Positions 58,456 to 64,000 of a stretch of 64,000 nt of DNA are shown here, in pieces. The DNA comes from a virus: IMG/VR virus record IMGVR_UViG_3300047476_002043, positions 18,024-82,023 of that record; one strand, written 5' to 3'. A model generated the notes under the pieces. That model made no database searches, had not been told where the DNA came from, and was given only the letters and a program-made list of their open reading frames with translations. The translations under genes were made by a program, and so were the position numbers. How positions within the stretch are numbered: position 1 is the first letter of the stretch; each line of letters begins with the position of its first letter.

Positions 58456-58868
58456 AGCATTACTTTAGGAACTACGACGAACTTAGAAATGATTTGGACA
58501 AGACATCTGGCTTCGATAGGTACTACCTGTTCTGTCACCAATACGAAGCCATTTTCTATCCTAACAAAATCGCTCCCATAGCTAGTACCTACAGGTATGG
58601 TTACAAGATCGACACTGATGAGATAAATAGCCCGTTTTACCACCGGGTCATGAACCTCTGTCTTAAGCCGATCAATCGTGACCCTATGGGAGGTGATAGG
58701 TTCTTGGTTAACATCCTAGGACTTACGCCGAACGATATCTTTAAGTTCGACTTCGCCAGTTTCATAGATCTTGAAGACCGGATCGTAGCTCTTGAAAACA
58801 GCTACAGAGATGAACTTGCCGAGAAAGCAAACTCGGCGGCTAAACTGAAACAGGAAATATCTAAATGA
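58392..58868 (+). CDS. -1 frame extension of the upstream protein (probable frameshift product)
   Basis: Overlaps in the -1 frame across T TTT TTT (58410-58416); no convincing start or RBS of its own. Confidence 0.55.
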   Translation: MGPLYSFFYAFRNQDSQKDQVKHYFRNYDELRNDLDKTSGFDRYYLFCHQYEAIFYPNKIAPIASTYRYGYKIDTDEINSPFYHRVMNLCLKPINRDPMGGDRFLVNILGLTPNDIFKFDFASFIDLEDRIVALENSYRDELAEKANSAAKLKQEISK

Positions 58869-60751
58869 CAAAAAACGACAATGAACGACCGGGCGCCATG
58901 ATCCTGGATGCTTACGAAGGCAAAACCAACATCATCGAAGACAAGAATATCGATGACACAATGATCAAAACCTTCGAGTTCATGCTCAACCTCCTCAGTG
59001 ACTATTGTGGTCCTTATGGCAAGTATGCCATCTTGGCTGCAACTCCTGGATCGGGCCTGGAACCAACGTTCACCAAGGACGGTATCAACATCGTCCGTTC
59101 AATCGAGTTCGTCAATCTGATGCAGCGTCATGTCAAGGACATGATCACCTACATCGGTTCCTGCGTTGAGCGTTCGGCTGGTGATGGTACAACATCCTCG
59201 ATGATCGTTGTCACGAAAGTCCTCCTTGAGATCCGTAAGTATCTCAGCGAGGTCGATGACCAGAAGAAATATCTGAATCATATCACCTATACCCAGTTCC
59301 GCTCTGAGTACGAGGCTTTCGTAGCTCGTGTCGTCGAAAAAATGAACGCTTACGCCATCAAGGTCACGAAGGAAACTCCCAAAGACAAGATCGCGGCCTT
59401 GGCTTATCACCAAGCCATGACCTCATCCCACGGAGACAAAGTACTTGCTGAGATGGTCAGTCAGTTCTTCAGTAGCATTTCACCCGAAGCGTGGAAGAAC
59501 ATCCACTACCGTCGAGAAACGCACGAGTCAGCTGCTCTCTACAGCTTCGAAACGAAAGATTGCGACTTCATGTCGAGTCGAGCTTCGGTCTTCAGCGGTA
59601 ACATGCTGAATGCTGAACAGGGAACAGAATACGTCATGGAGGGTGGTAAATTGGTTGTCTGTCCGACAGCTCTCATTTCCAACTCGCCCAACTGGCCTAT
59701 CCTTAAGAACCTGATCAAGGAAGCCATCGACAGTAAAGACAAACTCACTGTCATTGCCGGGTCGGCTTACGACTCAACCATCCAGCAGCAGTTTGAAGAG
59801 ATGTTCCATCAGGCCACAGAAGGCCACAATGTAGCGATCTTCACTCTCGATGCTACCGGCAACCCACTGACACAACACTTGACAGCCCTTGGTGCTATCC
59901 TCGGCTACAATGTTGCGAATTACCAAAAGCTAATCACTGTCGACAACGTGGATGTTAAGTTCAAACGGCGTAGACTGATGCTTAGTGGTATCGCTACCTA
60001 CGACGCGGATTGTCAGATCGTAGGACACGCTGACGAGAAGATCATCATCGGTGCGTACCTCAAAGATTTGTCGGCGTTCATCGAACGCCGCACCAAAGAA
60101 AAAGATGATCCGTACATCGCCAAAGAGCTCTCTGTTGCCACTGAGCTTTACAACCATGTCAAGTTCCGCAACCTGAGCACCTTCGTTATCGGCGGTAAGG
60201 CTTACGACCACATCGCTGCTAATGAGGTTGTCCATGATACCTTCACAGCAACTCGTCGCAGTTTGTTGGAAGGTACTGTCTTGGGTAGCTTTGCTACGCT
60301 CAAGCGAGCTCTCTCGGACATCATCAAAGAAGAGCGCAAAGAGAAAAAATCTCTCGCTGCTGTTCTTGCCCATGCCTTCATTTCAGGCATTCAATTCGTC
60401 GAGATGTGCGTTCTCAAATACAGCCCTACCCCGGACCTCAATGAGATTCTGCCTCTCACAGAAACAGAACCTTCTCGTGAATGGATCGCGAGTAAACTCG
60501 AAATCAGTCAATTCCTAACCGCAAGAGAAATGGGACTCTGCGTTTACGATGTTATGACGAATAGCTTCGTCAACTTGGAGATGGCTGAGACTAAGGGCAA
60601 TCATGTGATTGTTCAACCGATTAGCACAGACATCGCCATGATGAATCGCTTCGGTGAAGTGGCTTTAAAATTCCTCTTCGCCAACAGAATCATGGTTCCT
60701 AACAGTGTCGTCGTCAACGATGACCCTAAAAGCAAGGAAGCTAAGAAATGA
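58865..60751 (+). CDS. groEL: GroEL-like chaperonin (divergent)
   Basis: GPYG, TKDG, AGDGTTS, HDTFTATR (GroEL D398 region), EGTVLG; no GGM tail. Confidence 0.85.
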   Translation: MTKNDNERPGAMILDAYEGKTNIIEDKNIDDTMIKTFEFMLNLLSDYCGPYGKYAILAATPGSGLEPTFTKDGINIVRSIEFVNLMQRHVKDMITYIGSCVERSAGDGTTSSMIVVTKVLLEIRKYLSEVDDQKKYLNHITYTQFRSEYEAFVARVVEKMNAYAIKVTKETPKDKIAALAYHQAMTSSHGDKVLAEMVSQFFSSISPEAWKNIHYRRETHESAALYSFETKDCDFMSSRASVFSGNMLNAEQGTEYVMEGGKLVVCPTALISNSPNWPILKNLIKEAIDSKDKLTVIAGSAYDSTIQQQFEEMFHQATEGHNVAIFTLDATGNPLTQHLTALGAILGYNVANYQKLITVDNVDVKFKRRRLMLSGIATYDADCQIVGHADEKIIIGAYLKDLSAFIERRTKEKDDPYIAKELSVATELYNHVKFRNLSTFVIGGKAYDHIAANEVVHDTFTATRRSLLEGTVLGSFATLKRALSDIIKEERKEKKSLAAVLAHAFISGIQFVEMCVLKYSPTPDLNEILPLTETEPSREWIASKLEISQFLTAREMGLCVYDVMTNSFVNLEMAETKGNHVIVQPISTDIAMMNRFGEVALKFLFANRIMVPNSVVVNDDPKSKEAKK

Positions 60752-61179
60752 GCATCGATATCCTTGGTCACCTTGTTGACAGACTTACGAAGGTCTCCTT
60801 CACAACAGTCAACACCTACGATTCCAATGTCTACATTGGTGTCATCGAAGCCATTGCAACCAAGAGCATGGCTTCTATCATCAGTGACGTTGATGGCTAC
60901 CAGGACCAGGTCTTGAAGTCCATCGACATCGGAGCACCCGAGAACGCAAACATTGTTAACCTTGATGATAGCACTCCATTTATCATCATCCGTACAAGCG
61001 ATGATGGAGAAGTTAGTAAGCGGGTTGCTATTGCAGTACCGTGGATCGCTTCTCTTGAAGTTCTCACCGCTACCAAGTTCGTCGACTTCCGAGTCTTCGG
61101 TATCACTGATGCTGCTGTTGGACCCATCCTTCAGCTCCTCACCGCTGCCGGCTACAAAGCCAAGCCGACTCCAAAATGA
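60748..61179 (+). CDS. hypothetical protein coupled to the chaperonin gene
   Basis: ATGA overlap, 143 aa. Confidence 0.7.
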   Translation: MSIDILGHLVDRLTKVSFTTVNTYDSNVYIGVIEAIATKSMASIISDVDGYQDQVLKSIDIGAPENANIVNLDDSTPFIIIRTSDDGEVSKRVAIAVPWIASLEVLTATKFVDFRVFGITDAAVGPILQLLTAAGYKAKPTPK

Positions 61180-61185
61180 ACACCA

Positions 61186-61223
61186 CCCATCACCCATCTC
61201 CCGCAAGGGAGATGGGTGATGGG
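61186..61223. terminator. 17-bp hairpin between convergent genes
   Basis: Perfect stem, GCAA loop. Confidence 0.7.
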
Positions 61224-61228
61224 GGTTC

Positions 61229-62779
61229 TCATTGACTGAGCTGGTTTAGCTGAGCGCTACGAATGAACAGCTTGTTGGAGCTGGTCGCCTCGATAGCGTT
61301 CAGTAGCTTGGTATAACTCTGGTCCATCATCCCGTGTTTGAGGATATTGATCAATCCACCAACAGACAGGAAGGTTTGAGCGATGATGGCGAAGCGGTCA
61401 ACCGATTCGTAGAACTCACGAGATGACTTCAGCTTACGGATAAGGTTCTCACACTTGACAACTTCATCCAAGTAGAAGTTCATAACCTCATCACTAAGAC
61501 CTTCGTGCTTAAAGATCTTGATGAGATTCTGTAAGTTGCGTTCCGATCGCATGATATTCGATTCATAAGTGAGTCCACCGTTGACGGTACTTCTACCAGC
61601 CAGGATGACACTAAGTCTGGTGACTATGGTGTTGATGTGGAAGTTGATGCTCGACTTGCGAACGATATCGATGTTGCTAGAGATGGATGCACCTTCTTCA
61701 ATTTTGTTAGTCTTCTCCAATCCCGAAATCAGAGCAGCGGCAAGACCATGTCGAACTGTGAACTCGTCAGCGTAGCGCTCACAAATCTTGTTACTTGCAT
61801 CTGTAGTCAGGAAGTCGCTTGACTTATTAACGTAGAAGTCTCCCGAGATAGTGCTTCCTGTATCAGGTCCAAGAGCGGTATACATCAGACGGCAGAGGAG
61901 ACCACCAAGCATAGCTTGAATAGCATTCAGTGCAACAGCTGGCGCGCCAGCAACAGTTGCGAAGAATTCGGAAACCATGCTGTTGTTCTGATCAGTCGAA
62001 TTCTCGGCGATCAGTAAAGAGTTGTTAGTTTCTTCAATCCTGCCGGTCTTCGAAAGTCCTTCCTTGAGAGCGGAGAGTCTATCGAGTAGTATCTTATTCG
62101 ACACCTTCTTATTGTCAACCGAGGTGAGCTGAAGAAGACGGTCATGACGACGGATAAGATCGCCACCGTATTCAACGGCCGATATCATGTGACCAACTTC
62201 GTGGATCAGGATGGCAGCGATTTCAGCAGCAGTCAAATAATCAACTTGAGTGGTGTAACACTCCTTGCTGAGGAATGCTGTCCAAGGATCGAAGAGGATG
62301 ACAACACTCATATCGGGGTATTTCTTATCGGCCTTGGGAGAGAGCTTACTTGAGCTAACATCAAGTAGCTTGGAGATGTTCTTTAAACTCTCCTTAATCT
62401 CTTCTTCAGATTTGAATGGAGTTCCGTAAGGATCTTTCGGATCGATGTAGGCATGCGGATCGAATCCTAGACCACTGAATCGGCTTATGGAATCGCCAAG
62501 CGCAACATCGTCGGCTACGAACATACGACATTCGAAAGCCATATTTGGATATTTGGAAACGATAATTTTAGGTACGACAAGACCAGTAGTCTTGTTGATG
62601 GCATCGATCATCTTTTTGACACTGACATTATGGAAGAAGGTAACCGTATCAAATTTGTATTCTTCCGATGTCTTTGTTAGACTATCACGATGATTGATAA
62701 CCTCCTGGAAAATTTCAATGAGAGCGATGGCTAGTTTACTACCACCTTGGAATGCTACTGCCTCAAGACTAGGGTTCAT
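61229..62779 (-). CDS. virion protein with zincin metallopeptidase motif
   Basis: AILIHEVGH and ERYADEF; N-terminal SLE motif like phiKZ prohead protease sites. Confidence 0.7.
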   Translation of the reverse strand: MNPSLEAVAFQGGSKLAIALIEIFQEVINHRDSLTKTSEEYKFDTVTFFHNVSVKKMIDAINKTTGLVVPKIIVSKYPNMAFECRMFVADDVALGDSISRFSGLGFDPHAYIDPKDPYGTPFKSEEEIKESLKNISKLLDVSSSKLSPKADKKYPDMSVVILFDPWTAFLSKECYTTQVDYLTAAEIAAILIHEVGHMISAVEYGGDLIRRHDRLLQLTSVDNKKVSNKILLDRLSALKEGLSKTGRIEETNNSLLIAENSTDQNNSMVSEFFATVAGAPAVALNAIQAMLGGLLCRLMYTALGPDTGSTISGDFYVNKSSDFLTTDASNKICERYADEFTVRHGLAAALISGLEKTNKIEEGASISSNIDIVRKSSINFHINTIVTRLSVILAGRSTVNGGLTYESNIMRSERNLQNLIKIFKHEGLSDEVMNFYLDEVVKCENLIRKLKSSREFYESVDRFAIIAQTFLSVGGLINILKHGMMDQSYTKLLNAIEATSSNKLFIRSAQLNQLSQ

Positions 62780-62844
62780 TGTTTAATTCCTTATTTTAAG
62801 AGACCTCCACCTACAGGTATGATCCTGTAGGTGGATGGGCGAAC

Positions 62845-63816
62845 TCACGTGGTTTTGACCTCAATCTTCTTGAGGACGCTCATCAATTGATCGGCAAGAA
62901 CGAGGCTAACTCGTTCAATGACGACAATGACTTTCTGAATATGAGCAAGACGGTTTTGCATCGCCTTAGCTTCTTCAGCCGTGATTTTGTTATCAACGGA
63001 TTTGGCTTCGGCCTTCCAGGTGTTGATAGCGTTGGTACCGGCTGTTCTCACGTTAGTGAGGGCGGTAATAGTGGATGCGGTAATGACTTTAACCTCGTTA
63101 ACGCTCCAACCAAGAGTACGCATCTCTTCAACCTTGAGTGTGTGATCTTTTAGACGACCGATCTCATCATCATCGACGCCGTAACCAACTTTACCGAGGA
63201 TGGTAACGAAACTGGGATCAAGGGATTTGACCACGGAATCATCACCACTTACAACAACAGTATTGTAATTGAGAGACGACAGCTTCTCGACAACGCTTTT
63301 GAAATCTGCCATCGGGAGGATGTTGCTCTGAATGAAGCTGAATTTGTCAGTGTCAACAGAAGCGATATCCTTGAGCTTCTCGCCAGAAAGAGCCCTGAGC
63401 TCATTGATCTTGCGACGGTTAGCATCGATGCAGTCATTGATGAAATCTGCGATAGCGTCAATGATGCGCATGAGCACAGCACTAATGTTACCGGATTTGA
63501 CATCATCGATCATGCCTTCGATGGCTGAGATAGCATCACCGGCTGGATGCAGCTTGAGATTGATCCCCCGCTTATCGAGATCCTGACCAACAAGACTAAT
63601 GAGAGTAGGTGTGATACCATGCTCACCAATGTACTTGCTGATGTTTTGGAGAACCGCGACAGCTTCGAAAGTTTCATCAATGATGAGTTCGCCATACTTG
63701 TGCGACTTCTTCATATCGATTGCTTCGAGACTGAAGGTATTCTGATCGATAAGACTTTGCTCAGGGACCTTAATCGCGCCAGTGCTACGGAGAGCATTGA
63801 GCCTTAGTACGCCCAT
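62845..63816 (-). CDS. internal head protein-like virion protein
   Basis: FSLEA and SAIEG candidate S/A/G-x-E maturation sites; helical composition. Confidence 0.6.
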   Translation of the reverse strand: MGVLRLNALRSTGAIKVPEQSLIDQNTFSLEAIDMKKSHKYGELIIDETFEAVAVLQNISKYIGEHGITPTLISLVGQDLDKRGINLKLHPAGDAISAIEGMIDDVKSGNISAVLMRIIDAIADFINDCIDANRRKINELRALSGEKLKDIASVDTDKFSFIQSNILPMADFKSVVEKLSSLNYNTVVVSGDDSVVKSLDPSFVTILGKVGYGVDDDEIGRLKDHTLKVEEMRTLGWSVNEVKVITASTITALTNVRTAGTNAINTWKAEAKSVDNKITAEEAKAMQNRLAHIQKVIVVIERVSLVLADQLMSVLKKIEVKTT

Positions 63817-63940
63817 TTGGTAGTCCTTTTTGTTGAGAGAAAAAAAGAAGGGTTAAAAGAATGAACCTCGCTCATGGGTCTTTTGAACCCATGAGCGAGG
63901 CTTTCTCATCACTTGCCGATGTAGGCAATGATGAGGTGGA

Positions 63941-64000
63941 TCACTTGGCGAATGCCTTGAAGGCTGCACCAGCAGCCTGGTTGGCAGCGCGCGAGCCGAG
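63941..64000 (-). CDS. 3' end of an Ala-rich protein entering from beyond the window
   Basis: ...LGSRAANQAAGAAFKAFAK-stop followed by hairpins. Confidence 0.5.
   Translation of the reverse strand, partial: LGSRAANQAAGAAFKAFAK

Noticed and set aside
60748-61179. GroES co-chaperonin
   Set aside because: Lacks the PLxDRV and mobile-loop GGI motifs and is too long

Overview
This window looks like a 64 kb segment of a phiKZ-like jumbo bacteriophage (nucleus-forming, Chimalliviridae-type), judged by eye with no database searches. Recognisable genes: two split virion-type RNA polymerase subunits (beta C-terminal, beta' C-terminal), a divergent family-B DNA polymerase, a two-subunit gyrase-like type IIA topoisomerase, ATP-dependent DNA ligase, dNMP kinase, DenV glycosylase, macrodomain, Lar-like protein, peptide deformylase, a GT31 glycosyltransferase, a GroEL-like chaperonin, and head proteins with S-x-E cleavage motifs. 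Long leftward runs of small unknown ORFs are preceded by a phiKZ-like early promoter motif (TAYATTAC). Most notable: (i) a rightward virion-appendage operon (21-28 kb) with three paralogous constant-N/variable-C lectin-like proteins next to a protein of 31 DxD repeats; (ii) a tRNA-Thr(UGU) with a long class II variable arm, directly behind a broken canonical tRNA-Thr; (iii) several unannotated structured ncRNA candidates, one with a clear pseudoknot at 52.6-52.9 kb; (iv) a probable -1 frameshift upstream of the chaperonin. Several start codons were re-picked from RBS and promoter positions and differ from the supplied ORF track.
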